A stretch of 64,000 bases of DNA from a virus (Duplodnaviria; Caudoviricetes): positions 1,169-65,168 of IMG/VR virus record IMGVR_UViG_3300028025_004186; one strand, 5' to 3'. Below, piece after piece: positions 1 through 10,900 of this stretch. A program made the position numbers and the translations under genes. The stretch's first letter is position 1. The number at the start of each line of letters is the position of its first letter. The notes under the pieces are model-generated. The model had not been told where the DNA came from. It made no database searches and saw only the letters and a program-made list of their open reading frames with translations.

Positions 1-147
1 TTGCACCCCACCTTGAACTTTGAAGTCAAGCGTGGGGTTGATTTTATTACTGTACACTTTGTTCACGACGCAGATCAAACAATGTTCGCATTGTTATGGC
101 CAGCTGGTCATCCAGGTTGGGAGACAATAGACAATGATATTTCCTGA
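1..147 (+). CDS. 5'-truncated small phage protein (F-x5-D-x2-MF-x-L-x-W type)
   Basis: Frame 1 open from base 1 to TGA at 145-147; ...VHFVHDADQTMFALLW resembles the C-termini of ORFs 51262 and 51461. Confidence 0.5.
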   Translation: MHPTLNFEVKRGVDFITVHFVHDADQTMFALLWPAGHPGWETIDNDIS

Positions 148-379
148 TTTACCTAGACAACATAATTTTTTTAAAATTCAACCGAGCCAGGTAGTATCTG
201 CAACGGAAATTCAAATATCCACAAAACCCATTGTCAGGCAGTGGGATGAAACAAACCCATTGATTCGTCGCAGGTCCGGGTCTGTGAGATTTCAAGATGA
301 TCCCGTGGGATATTTCAAATTTTTTAGTATTTGTCTAGGGCTAATAGTCTGGGCATGGTATTGGCATCAATTTATATAA
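134..379 (+). CDS. hypothetical membrane protein
   Basis: ORF with C-terminal hydrophobic segment. Confidence 0.45.
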   Translation: MIFPDLPRQHNFFKIQPSQVVSATEIQISTKPIVRQWDETNPLIRRRSGSVRFQDDPVGYFKFFSICLGLIVWAWYWHQFI

Positions 380-398
380 TTAAACAAAAGGAGATAGT

Positions 399-596
399 AT
401 GAAAAATTTTATAGCATTTTCGGCGTTTGTGGTATGTTGTGCTGGCGTAGTGCCACTGGCTTTAGCCGAAGCCGAAACCAAAAAAGTCTGCACCAAACAA
501 ACGGATCCCAAAACCAAGAAAGAAAAAGAAGTATGCAAGACAATCAAGATACATAAGAAACTAGAAGGAACTAAAATCCCTGACGGTAAGAAGTAA
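399..596 (+). CDS. small secreted protein, Lys-rich with two Cys
   Basis: AAGGAG RBS, N-terminal signal peptide, CTKQTDPKTKKEKEVCK. Confidence 0.65.
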   Translation: MKNFIAFSAFVVCCAGVVPLALAEAETKKVCTKQTDPKTKKEKEVCKTIKIHKKLEGTKIPDGKK

Positions 597-614
597 TTTA
601 CCTTTCGCACTGCA

Positions 615-640
615 GGAGCCCTTCGGGGCTCTTGCCACTT
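615..640 (+). terminator. probable intrinsic terminator hairpin
   Basis: GGAGCCC-TTCG-GGGCTCT stem-loop with a weak U tract. Confidence 0.5.
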
Positions 641-647
641 TAAATCT

Positions 648-1427
648 ATGGACCACTATACAACACTAGGCGTACAACGCACAGCATCACAAGACGAAAT
701 CAAACAGGCCTATCGCAGATTGGCCGCAAAGCATCACCCTGATCGTGGCGGTGACACAGCTACATTTCAAAAGATACAGCAGGCCTATGATACCCTGGGC
801 AATGATCAACAGCGAGCTGCTTATGATCAACCACAGTCACCATTCCAAGGCTTCCAAGGTGGTGGACATTTCAACTTTGATGAAATCTTCAACATGTTTG
901 GTGCACGATTCCATGCGGGTGGACATCAACAGCAGCATCGGCAAGTGCGCATGAGTCTTTGGATTACCCTGCGTGATGTGGCAGTGGGCGGATCAAGACC
1001 TGTGGCAGTGAGCACTCAGCAAGGATCGACTACAATTGAAATCCAAATTCCCTCGGGCATTGAAGATGGTGATTCAGTACAGTATCCCAATTTGGCTCCA
1101 GGAGGCGGTGATCTTATTGTGACCTTCCGTATCCAACCCGACGACCGTTGGCAGCGCAATGGCAACACTGTTCTGCGTGAAGAACCCATATCCATTTGGA
1201 CATTGATCTCTGGTGGCTCGTTAACCATCACAACTCTTGCCGATGAGCGTATCACTGTGGCTATTCCCAGCAATACACAACCCGGAACCATGCTGCGTGT
1301 ACGCGGCAAAGGTCTGCCAAATCGGCAAGGGCAGCTGGGAGATCTAATAATAAAAGCACAGGCACAGATTCCTGCAAACATTTCTCCCCAACTGATGTCA
1401 GCGATTCGGCAAGAAACGGGCAGCTAA
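648..1427 (+). CDS. dnaJ: DnaJ class B (CbpA-like) co-chaperone
   Basis: J domain with HPD motif, G/F-rich linker, C-terminal domain, no zinc finger. Confidence 0.9.
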   Translation: MDHYTTLGVQRTASQDEIKQAYRRLAAKHHPDRGGDTATFQKIQQAYDTLGNDQQRAAYDQPQSPFQGFQGGGHFNFDEIFNMFGARFHAGGHQQQHRQVRMSLWITLRDVAVGGSRPVAVSTQQGSTTIEIQIPSGIEDGDSVQYPNLAPGGGDLIVTFRIQPDDRWQRNGNTVLREEPISIWTLISGGSLTITTLADERITVAIPSNTQPGTMLRVRGKGLPNRQGQLGDLIIKAQAQIPANISPQLMSAIRQETGS

Positions 1428-1430
1428 TAG

Positions 1431-1465
1431 TTGCAGTTAAATGGCAACCATGTTATACTTAAATA
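1431..1465 (+). promoter_or_regulatory. sigma70-type promoter followed by TAAATA late-promoter box
   Basis: TTGCAG-17nt-TATACT, then TAAATA. Confidence 0.55.
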
Positions 1466-1505
1466 CCAAAACAAATAGTGGTTCCAATACTCAACGGGAT
1501 ATAAC

Positions 1506-3770
1506 ATGCAAAACAATCCAGAAATCGAACAAATAGTTGATGCTGCTGTACGCATCGCACGTGACAAGAAAAACGCTTACATCACAGTAGAGCATGTGCT
1601 GTTGGCCATGGTGCGACATGCACCGTTTCGAAAAACTCTGGAAAAATTTGGCACCAATGTTGCGCTGCTGGAAGGCGATGTTGATGCTTACATTTCTGCA
1701 CAGAGCAATCATTCAAAAGATCCCACAGATCAGCCCAAGAAGACCAATGCCTTGGAGCGATTGTTCAATCGTGCGCTGACTCAGGTGATGTTTACCGGCC
1801 GCCGACAAGTAGTGACATTGGATCTCTATCTGTCAATGATGACTGAAACCAACAGTCATGCACAGTATTTTTTACTCAAACACGGCGTTACTAAAATTGA
1901 GTTTGCCACGTTCTGGCAGAAACATTATGTTCAAAGTGATGTCAAAATTACAGACGAACAAGCCGATGAAATACTCAGCGAGTACTGCACCAATCTCACT
2001 GCACAGGCACAGAAGTCTCAGTTGGAGCCGTTGATTGGGCGTGAAACTGAACTGCAGGAAATGATCACTATTCTAGCCAAACGCTTCAAGGCCAATGTGT
2101 TGATGGTGGGCGATCCCGGCGTGGGCAAGACTTGTATTGTAGAAGGTCTGGCACAGGAGATTGCTGCCGGGCGTGTGCCGGAATTCCTCAAAGGACACGA
2201 AGTCTGGAGCCTGGAAGTTGGCACACTGTTGGCAGGATCCAAGTACCGTGGTGAGTTTGAAGAAAAGTTCAAGATGGTGATCACTGCACTAGAAGCCAAG
2301 AAGAAATGCGTGTTGTTTATTGACGAAGCACACACCATCAAAGGTGCCGGTGCATCAGGATCAAACACCCTGGACATGGCCAATATGATCAAGCCTGCTA
2401 TCACCAAGGGGCATTTGAAAGTTGTGGCGTCTACAACTTGGGAAGAATACTACGAAAGTTTTGAAAAGGATCGTGCGCTGATGCGTAGGTTCTATCGCAT
2501 TACTATTGACGAGCCCAACACCGAAACCACAGAAAAGATTCTTATTGGCTTGAGTCCTAGATTAGAAACATTCCACAATGTGGAGATAACCACCGAAGCC
2601 ATTACATCTGCTGTGGAATTGGCCGAACGTTACATACACGACAAAAAGAATCCTGACAAATCAATTGATGTAATTGATGCTGCCTGTGCTAGGGAACGTA
2701 TCAAAGACATTGGTAATGTTGTACTCACACGCGATCTCATACAAGCACAGGTGGCCAAGATGACTGGTGTGCCCGTGGATCGTCTGCGCAACGAACAGAG
2801 CCTGAATGTAGTGAATCTTGAACCCAACATCAAATCTGCGCTGTACGGTCAGGATGAGGTGGTTGATCAGGTCTTGGAGCGAGTGTACATCAACTTTGCT
2901 GGCATTGCCAAAGCAGGTCGCCCCATGGCATCGTTTTTGTTTGTTGGCCCCACTGGCACAGGCAAAACTGAAATGGCCAAACTGTTGAGCAGTAACTTAG
3001 ACATGAAACTGCTGCGCTATGACATGAGTGAATATCAAGAAAAGCACACAGTATCCAGTTTGATTGGTGCTCCTCCGGGTTACGTGGGCTTTGAAGATGG
3101 CAACGTGGGCGGCGGTAAGTTGATCTCGGATCTCACCAAGAATCCTTTTGCTGTGATCTTGTTTGATGAAATTGAAAAAGCACACCCTGATGTCACCAAC
3201 ATTTTGTTGCAGTTGTTGGACGAAGGACGCATCACCAGTTCCAATGGCAAGACTGTGGACTGTAAAAATACCATTGTGATTATGACATCTAACCTGGGAT
3301 CACGCGACAACGAAAACAACAACATTGGCTTTGGCAACATGGAAAAAACCGGCGAAGAAGATCGTGCCATGCGTGAGTTCTTCAAACCTGAACTACGCAA
3401 TCGTATTGATCAAATCTGCAAATTCAATCGTTTGGACCAATTGGCCATCAAGAAGATTGTTGTGAAGTTTATTGATGAACTGCGTGGCACATTGACAGAA
3501 AAGAATATTCGTATCAATCTCACAGAAGCTGCTGTGGAATATTTGGCTGACAAGGGCTATGACTCCAAGATGGGTGCAAGACCCCTGGGACGTAAGATTG
3601 ATGAACTGATTCGTGTGCCGTTGTCCAAGCGTATGTTGTTTGATCGACTCACTGATTGCACAGTAAATGTAGACGTCGTTGATGATGCCGTAGATTTTAA
3701 TATTGTGCCTACAGTAACCCCCACAGTCAACAGTGAAGGATATATAGTTGTCGACAATATTACAATTTAA
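1506..3770 (+). CDS. clpA: ATP-dependent Clp protease ATPase subunit ClpA
   Basis: Clp N domain, two AAA+ modules (GDPGVGKT, GPTGTGKT), GAPPGYVG pore loop, IGF ClpP-docking loop, no ClpB coiled coil. Confidence 0.9.
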   Translation: MQNNPEIEQIVDAAVRIARDKKNAYITVEHVLLAMVRHAPFRKTLEKFGTNVALLEGDVDAYISAQSNHSKDPTDQPKKTNALERLFNRALTQVMFTGRRQVVTLDLYLSMMTETNSHAQYFLLKHGVTKIEFATFWQKHYVQSDVKITDEQADEILSEYCTNLTAQAQKSQLEPLIGRETELQEMITILAKRFKANVLMVGDPGVGKTCIVEGLAQEIAAGRVPEFLKGHEVWSLEVGTLLAGSKYRGEFEEKFKMVITALEAKKKCVLFIDEAHTIKGAGASGSNTLDMANMIKPAITKGHLKVVASTTWEEYYESFEKDRALMRRFYRITIDEPNTETTEKILIGLSPRLETFHNVEITTEAITSAVELAERYIHDKKNPDKSIDVIDAACARERIKDIGNVVLTRDLIQAQVAKMTGVPVDRLRNEQSLNVVNLEPNIKSALYGQDEVVDQVLERVYINFAGIAKAGRPMASFLFVGPTGTGKTEMAKLLSSNLDMKLLRYDMSEYQEKHTVSSLIGAPPGYVGFEDGNVGGGKLISDLTKNPFAVILFDEIEKAHPDVTNILLQLLDEGRITSSNGKTVDCKNTIVIMTSNLGSRDNENNNIGFGNMEKTGEEDRAMREFFKPELRNRIDQICKFNRLDQLAIKKIVVKFIDELRGTLTEKNIRINLTEAAVEYLADKGYDSKMGARPLGRKIDELIRVPLSKRMLFDRLTDCTVNVDVVDDAVDFNIVPTVTPTVNSEGYIVVDNITI

Positions 3771-4446
3771 AACACGCAACCGGGATCGGTTATTCTTTGA
3801 TCAGTTCCAGTATGCGCTGAGATGTGAAATACCACATATCACAGCCATACGGAATTACACCGGAGACTTTGCTACAGACAGCGTACATACACATCGCATG
3901 TTGGAGATGATGAAACGTTGGCACAGTCATGTCCATGTCGTTGACTATGAATATGGCACAAAAAATCGGCACATGACTCCCAAAGAACGTGACAATGTTC
4001 TTGATTTCCTGTCACGGTTATGTGCTGCACCTGAATTAATACGTACTTCAGTGAGTGGCGGCGTGGCATATATCTACGGCAACAATCTTGACTTCTTAAC
4101 CGGCCTCACAGACAGCGATTACATTCACAGCCCTGAAATCACCGAAGTTTATCTTGATCGTCCCAGAGACACTGTGATGCTTAAGAAAAGCAACTATCAA
4201 TACCGCACGTATTTCAGGGACTGCAATATCACCGCGGAGAATCGTCAGTATTTGCATAACTGGATCCGCAATCAGCAAGATATACGAGTGAGCCCAGGGC
4301 TACAAGAATGGCTCACAAACAATTGGCGTAATCTATACTCCAATTACTTTTTTGATCACAATGACATACGTTTGACACAGATGCTGGGGCTGATTTTGCC
4401 CCGGGCGTTAAAAGCAACAAAAACTATTGTGATTGCCGCTAAATAA
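3748..4446 (+). CDS. hypothetical protein
   Basis: 232-aa ORF overlapping the clpA end. Confidence 0.6.
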   Translation: MSTILQFKTRNRDRLFFDQFQYALRCEIPHITAIRNYTGDFATDSVHTHRMLEMMKRWHSHVHVVDYEYGTKNRHMTPKERDNVLDFLSRLCAAPELIRTSVSGGVAYIYGNNLDFLTGLTDSDYIHSPEITEVYLDRPRDTVMLKKSNYQYRTYFRDCNITAENRQYLHNWIRNQQDIRVSPGLQEWLTNNWRNLYSNYFFDHNDIRLTQMLGLILPRALKATKTIVIAAK

Positions 4447-4452
4447 TACACT

Positions 4453-4617
4453 ATGGCTAAAATACACGAAGAAATTATTGTTATCAAACTCTCAAAACTT
4501 GTGCGCAACGATCAAGGTGCAAGCACCCTAGCAAGTGAAGAGACTGTACAGGCACTGGAAGCAGTGGTACAGGAACTTGTGGGCAGTGATATTATTGTAG
4601 AAATTGAACGAGCATGA
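4453..4617 (+). CDS. small hypothetical protein (54 aa, not in ORF track)
   Basis: MAKIHEEIIVIKLSKLV...IVEIERA*; TAAATA 7 nt upstream; ATGA overlap with next gene. Confidence 0.7.
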   Translation: MAKIHEEIIVIKLSKLVRNDQGASTLASEETVQALEAVVQELVGSDIIVEIERA

Positions 4618-5021
4618 CTCAGACAGTAACGCAAGAAGTTTTAATTCCGCGAACTGTTAACGGAGAACCATCGGGCAATTACGATGGCTCCAGTCTTGAC
4701 TGGCAGTCAAATCCAGTCAAAGCAGGGAATTATTATCGTGCATCATCATTACAGTCAGTTGTTGTCAACGTAGAAGATTTTGTGGGACTACTCACAATCC
4801 AAGGAACTCAAATGCAGGATGTTACTAGCTCAGTAAGTGCAAGATACATCCCACCGGGAACTGAAGTTTGGGTTAATTTGGACACTTACGGTGATCAAGG
4901 TGATTCTGTTCCGATCACTGACTATCGCTATATTTCTGTTCTTGGTAATTTTACTTGGATACGCATTCAGGTGACAGGGTTTACTCAAGGTATTATAAAC
5001 CAAGTTCAATTATTCTATTAA
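4614..5021 (+). CDS. hypothetical beta-rich, probably virion protein
   Basis: ORF in late-promoter operon, beta-strand-like composition. Confidence 0.55.
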   Translation: MTQTVTQEVLIPRTVNGEPSGNYDGSSLDWQSNPVKAGNYYRASSLQSVVVNVEDFVGLLTIQGTQMQDVTSSVSARYIPPGTEVWVNLDTYGDQGDSVPITDYRYISVLGNFTWIRIQVTGFTQGIINQVQLFY

Positions 5022-5024
5022 ACA

Positions 5025-5465
5025 ATGGCCACAACACAATTCAGTTGTGAAATTTCAAATTCGGATCCCACAGTTCCGCTGGTGTTAAAAATTTATATTG
5101 ACGGTGCCAACGTTTTAACCCTAGCACCAGTACCTGCTGAATATTATTTTGAATCAACCTTTGAAGACAGTGAACTAACTCAAGCTCATACAATTGAGCT
5201 TGAGTTGCTGGGTAAATCACCTGAGCATACTGTTGTTGATGATCAGGGAAATATTGTAAAAGATGCCGTGATCACTATACGCAACAAAAAACTTGAAACC
5301 ATACTCATTGATACTGTGTTTGATCAAAGCACACAATACTGGCATGATTTCAATGGTAGCAGCGAAACAATACGCGATGAATTCTTTGGAGTAATGGGCT
5401 GCAACGGTCGAACTCGTTTTGAATTTACCACTCCCGTTTACGTTTGGATGCTAGAGAATCTATAA
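5025..5465 (+). CDS. hypothetical protein
   Basis: 146-aa ORF. Confidence 0.6.
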   Translation: MATTQFSCEISNSDPTVPLVLKIYIDGANVLTLAPVPAEYYFESTFEDSELTQAHTIELELLGKSPEHTVVDDQGNIVKDAVITIRNKKLETILIDTVFDQSTQYWHDFNGSSETIRDEFFGVMGCNGRTRFEFTTPVYVWMLENL

Positions 5466-5480
5466 CATAAATATAGAATC

Positions 5481-6311
5481 ATGCGCACAATTGTCATTTA
5501 TCCCGGTCGTTTTCACCCCTTTCATCGTGGGCACTTTAGTGTCTACAAAGATCTAACAAAGAAGTACGGTGCAGAAAATGTGTTTGTTGCTACATCAGAC
5601 AAACAAGCACCGGTGACATCACCATTCTCTTTTGCTGACAAGCAGAACATGATGGCCAAACTAGGCGTGCCCACTGACCACGTGGTCAAAGTAAAGAATC
5701 CCTATCAAGCTCAGGAAATCACACAACATTTTGATGCCAACGACACTGTGTTGATATTTGCCCTGGGGCAGAAAGACGTTGAACGTATCAGCTTCAATCC
5801 CAAGAAGGATGGGTCGCCCAGTTACATGCAGCCCATGCCTGAGAATCCCAAGAAAATGAAACCCTTGAGTCAGCATGCCTATGTTGTGTTGGCTCCTACA
5901 ATAACATTCCAAGTGCAGGGTGCTGATGCCAGTTCAGCCACACAGATACGCAATAGTTATATCAAGGGCAATGATGAATCACGCATGGGCATCATTCAAG
6001 ATCTCTATGGTGAGGTCAACAAAAATCTCAAAGATATGTTTGATCAACGATTACTACCTGTGGAAAAGATGCAGGAGTTTGTGTATGAAATGCGTCAGCG
6101 TCCCACAGCCAAAGGTGTAGCACTGCTGGAACGTGTGATGCGCATGGAACGTGCGGCATTGGATGAATTTGATGTACAACAAGATGAATACGATGAGTCT
6201 GCTGATTACATCGAAGAAAAGTGGAGCAAGAAATACAAAAGCTCAATCAACTGCAACAATCCAAAAGGATTCAGCCAACGTGCGCATTGCCAGGGACGAA
6301 AGAAAAAATAA
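5481..6311 (+). CDS. cytidylyltransferase-family (HxGH) nucleotidyltransferase with C-terminal basic Cys microdomain
   Basis: YPGRFHPFHRGH motif, SATQIR; acidic linker then KWSKKYKSSINCNNPKGFSQRAHC. Confidence 0.75.
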   Translation: MRTIVIYPGRFHPFHRGHFSVYKDLTKKYGAENVFVATSDKQAPVTSPFSFADKQNMMAKLGVPTDHVVKVKNPYQAQEITQHFDANDTVLIFALGQKDVERISFNPKKDGSPSYMQPMPENPKKMKPLSQHAYVVLAPTITFQVQGADASSATQIRNSYIKGNDESRMGIIQDLYGEVNKNLKDMFDQRLLPVEKMQEFVYEMRQRPTAKGVALLERVMRMERAALDEFDVQQDEYDESADYIEEKWSKKYKSSINCNNPKGFSQRAHCQGRKKK

Positions 6312-6886
6312 TGCGACTGGGCGAGATTGCAATTGAAGAAAGCTCGGGCTACAGTCTTGAAGGCAGTTTTACTCCTGATTTAGTATTCAGCAAGTTGTGG
6401 CTCATGCGTGAACTTGGTGAGATACAGCGTGACATTCCAGTGATGTACGTCCTGGGTTCGTGGTATGGTAATCTTGCGCTGATGATCAACAGATATCAAA
6501 TACCCGTTGTTGATCGCATTGTCAATGTTGAACCCAACAAAAAATTCCTCAGCAGTAGCCAAGATCTTTTAACGCAGGCCGGTGCAGATAATGTTGAATA
6601 CATGGCCAAAGATGCCAATGCGTTAGATTATCGTCAACTGGGCGATCAAGGTGTTGTAGTCAACACCAGTCTCACTGACATGCCGGGACGCAAGTGGTTT
6701 GATCGTATTCCCCCTGGCACATTGGTTGTGTTACAAGCACGTGATCATGATCCTGGTGAACAGTTTGACTCTCCTGAATCCATACAACAACGTTTCCCCT
6801 TGGAGCAAGTCTTGTACTCCGGCAGTTTAGATCTTGAAGATCCTGAAACTCCCTACACTAGATTTATGGTCATTGGCACCAAATAG
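6311..6886 (+). CDS. SAM-dependent methyltransferase-like protein with CTS-like leader (start moved to 6311)
   Basis: MRLGEIAIEE start overlapping the upstream stop; VLGSWYG motif I, acidic residue at end of strand 2, YTRFMVIG end. Confidence 0.6.
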   Translation: MRLGEIAIEESSGYSLEGSFTPDLVFSKLWLMRELGEIQRDIPVMYVLGSWYGNLALMINRYQIPVVDRIVNVEPNKKFLSSSQDLLTQAGADNVEYMAKDANALDYRQLGDQGVVVNTSLTDMPGRKWFDRIPPGTLVVLQARDHDPGEQFDSPESIQQRFPLEQVLYSGSLDLEDPETPYTRFMVIGTK

Positions 6887-6949
6887 TCTAGAAAAAAATA
6901 TCCATCTGTAGTATACTCTGTAAATACCAGACACTTTTAAGAGGAACTT

Positions 6950-7891
6950 ATGGCTGAACAACAAATCCAAGTCAACGTAGATTATCTGCGTACAACTCGC
7001 GTACATATTTGCATGCCCTGCTACGGCGGACAGCTCACTGAGGCTTGCTTTATGAGTTATATCAAGTGGTCAAATACATGCCGTCAGTTGGGCATTGATT
7101 GGACCGTAGAAACAATGACCAATGAAAGCCTCATTAGTCGTGCTAGAAATACCCTGGTGGCAAAGTTTCTTGCAAATCCTGAATCAACTCACCTGATGTT
7201 TATTGATGCTGACATTGGCTGGGAACCTTGGCACTTGCTGGCACTGTTAAATCACGATGTTGATGTGATTGGCGGTCTCTACCCCATGAAAACTATTCCA
7301 GTGAAATGGTGCGTGAATGGCATCCCAGGTGCACCAGACACCGATCCAAACGGCCTGCTGGAAGTAACAAAAACTGGCACAGGCTTTTTCCTGGTCAAAC
7401 GCCACGTATTTGAAAAACTCAAAACGCATCCTGCTGTGAAACCATTTGCCAATGACATTGGCTTGGACAAGTCCTTGGATGAAAACATGAAAACTTATTT
7501 TGACACAGCAGTGCGTGAGAATCGCTACTATAGCGAAGACTGGACTTTCTGTGAAAACTGGCGTGACATTGGCGGTAAAGTCTTTGTTGACAAGCGAGTG
7601 TTGCTCAAGCACGTAGGTACCTATGTATTTGATTTTGCCACACAAGATCAACTCTACAAAGACCTGCAAGCTCTGGCACAACAAAATGGTGCTGTTGCCC
7701 CTGTGGATACCACAGCAACTGTCAGTGCAGTGGGCGGTGATGCTGCAGTGGGAGAAATGATCCCGGCTACTGTAACCGAAGTTGAAACTCCCCCACCACC
7801 AAAAACTCGTGTTTTAGGCAGCAAAAAAGGTCGTGCAGCAAAAGACACCGCAGTTGATGTCGTTGTCGAGGAAACACCTGCAGCAGTTTAA
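6950..7891 (+). CDS. GT-A fold glycosyltransferase-like protein
   Basis: ESLISRARN, FIDADIGW (DxD), GTGFFLVKR, SEDWTFC; low-complexity tail. Confidence 0.75.
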   Translation: MAEQQIQVNVDYLRTTRVHICMPCYGGQLTEACFMSYIKWSNTCRQLGIDWTVETMTNESLISRARNTLVAKFLANPESTHLMFIDADIGWEPWHLLALLNHDVDVIGGLYPMKTIPVKWCVNGIPGAPDTDPNGLLEVTKTGTGFFLVKRHVFEKLKTHPAVKPFANDIGLDKSLDENMKTYFDTAVRENRYYSEDWTFCENWRDIGGKVFVDKRVLLKHVGTYVFDFATQDQLYKDLQALAQQNGAVAPVDTTATVSAVGGDAAVGEMIPATVTEVETPPPPKTRVLGSKKGRAAKDTAVDVVVEETPAAV

Positions 7892-7906
7892 GCAATAAAT
7901 AAGTTC

Positions 7907-10900
7907 ATGAACATTGATGAACTTGACAACTTTAACCTTGATGATGCAATAAGATTCCACAACCAGCTAAACCCTGGTTTGTGGGACCAAAAAGAGCATT
8001 TACGACCCGAAGTGCGCGAAGCATTGTTGCGTATTGCTGATGACTTTCGCGAGTTCCTGGGCGTACAAGATCTTCAAGTCAAAGACATTACTATAAGTGG
8101 CAGCAACGCCGCTTACACCTATACCCCCCACAGCGACATTGATCTACATCTGGTAGTTGACATACCCGAGTTGTATGATCCGGTGTATCGTGAACTGTTC
8201 AATGCCAAGAAGTATGAATACAATGACCGTCACAACATACGTGTTCGTGATGCTGATGTAGAGTTGTATGTGCAGCCCAGTGATGACACACATCACAGTC
8301 AGGGCATTTATTCAATCAAAGACAATAAATGGATTCAGGTACCACGACGTCGTAAAGCCACAGTGGATGACCTTGCAGTGCGCCACAAGTACGAAGACCT
8401 AGTGGCACGTATTGATCAAGCCATCAAAGACAGCAACAATGAATCTGCTGCTGCGTTGATGAAAAAAATACGCAACATGCGTCAGACTGGACTAGATCAA
8501 CACGGCGAGTTTGGTGCAGAAAATCTTGCGTTCAAGATGTTGCGCTCACAAGGGTATATTAAAAAGTTATCTGATGCAGTGGCAGCAGCCAAGGATCGTG
8601 AGCTAAGTCTTAAAGAACGTAAGAAACCCAAAAAGAAAAAACGCTATGGATATGGTGGCTATTGGTATCCTGGCTTCAGTTGGGGCGACAGCAGCGGATC
8701 GTCTGAAGGCGGTGACGGTGGTGGCGGCGGCGAGTCTGTGCGTGAAGATGCCGGCAGTACCTGGGATGGAGTAAGTCCCACCACTTGCATGTTTACCAAC
8801 GAAGCTGACAGTGAAGACAGTCGTCGTGACATCATAAAGAAGTTTGCCGGACTGTGCGCACAACATTTAAAACTTAAAAAAATTCCTCGTATCATATTGA
8901 AAAAGACTCCGCAGTGGAGTGAGGAAACTGGAAGCTTTGGCCAATACCAGCCAGATGAACATACACTGATCTTGAGTTTGCCAGGACGTCACATACTTGA
9001 CGTGCTGCGCACCATGGCACATGAACTAACTCATGCACAACAAGAAGAACGTGTGGGACTGCCAGTGGGTGCAGGCGACACTGGATCACCCTGGGAAAAC
9101 GAAGCCAATGCTCGTGCTGGTATTCTCATGCGTCACTTTGCTGAACGTCATCCCGAATACTTCAGCAATGTCAGCATAGCCGAAGCCAGTGGTTATATTC
9201 CTACTCGAGCACAAGCCCGAGATCCTAGATTCAGCATGGCTCTGACTGCGGACATCCAACCTGGTGAACTGGGTCGTCAGGCCAACAAGCTGGGATTACA
9301 AACAGACTCACAAGGGCGTCCAGCACTCCTAATGAAGAGTCTGGCTCGTCAGTTGCGTGAATACAAAGAAACACCGCGTAAAAAGAGCCTGGTGATATTT
9401 GACATTGATGATACCTTGTTACATACCACTGCCAAAATCAGAGTTGTGAGTCGTGGACGTGTGGTGCGTGAACTCACCAATCAACAGTTCAATCATTATA
9501 AACTGCAGCCCGATGAAGAGTTTGACTTTGGCGAATTTAGAAATGCTGAGAAGTTCAATCGCGAAAGCGAGCCCATCAAGCCCATGGTTCGCAAACTAAA
9601 AACTATATTGATCAACTCGCCTGACAGCGATGTGATCATGCTCACAGCACGAGCAGATTTTGATGACAAAGAATTATTTTTAAAAACATTCCGTGATCTT
9701 GGCATAGACATGAGTCGTGTGCATGTACATCGTGCTGGTAACTTGCCTGGTGATGCCATCCCTGCAGAAAAGAAAGCAGTATGGGTTCGCAAATATCTCA
9801 ACACTGATCGTTATGACCATGTGAGACTGTATGATGACTCTGTGACCAACCTCACTGTGTTCAAAGATCTACGTCAGGAATATCCTGGCGTGGACTTCCG
9901 TGCAATCTATGTTGGCCCTGAAGGCACAACCAAGCCCATAGAAGAAGATGAAGAATCTTATGAAATTGACGATGGCAATGATCCACCAGGACCAGAGTCA
10001 CCGCCCCAGTTCCCCTCGGGTACTGTCAAGGTAGATGTGTCAGATGTGTATGATTGGTACAAACTAGGCCAAGGCATATCTGACATTGATGACATGAACA
10101 AGAAAGATTTTGGCCAAGGACCACCCAGCACTGTGTTGGCGTTTGGTTCTGAAGATCTGGAACATCAATACATCAAAGCCTTGAAATCTCTGGGATTGCC
10201 TGTGCATGATCTTGATGAACCCGGCGAAGAAGACCTTGATGAATCTGCTGGCGTTGACTTGTTTGAAATCAACATGAGCCCCAGCAATCTTCGGAAGATG
10301 GCTGCCAAGACTGGCGCCATAGCCGGCATGGAATTTGAAATGTATGTGCCCGGTGCTGCCGAAGCCGACGAAGATGAATATGGATCTGAGCCAGACTATG
10401 AAATGGACGAAAGTTTTCCAACTGGTCGTGGATATCAAAGCGAGGTCATAGATTTCTTTAGAGGTGGCGATAATGGCAGTCCTAGAAGCACAATTCAACG
10501 TGCGCTTGATGTCTTAAGTGAAGATTACTGGTCATGGAAAGACGAAAACTTTGAGGAATGGTTAAATGACAATGATACATTGCTAGACTACTATCTCAGA
10601 GAAGAACTTCCTCAGGAAGATGATGAAAGCGACGACCAATACACAGAACGATTGGGCAGCGACGATGAAGAAGTTCGGCAGGCACAAGATCGGGCCATGG
10701 ATCGGGTGCGTGAAGAACACCAAAACGAAGATCAATTTGAAGAATTTTTACAAGACGCCGACATCAGATCCATGGCCGACTTTGGTAGCAATTACGACGT
10801 AGAATGGCCTTATTATAACTACCCTGAAAGCAGAGGTGGTAGTATAGACATCGACGATGTCGCCAGCGACTTTCAATCAGCTATTGGTCGCAGAGTGACC

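Noticed and set aside
5481-6311. NMNAT of an NAD-reconstitution anti-defence pathway
   Set aside because: The HxGH fold alone is not specific and no partner enzyme is recognisable in the window
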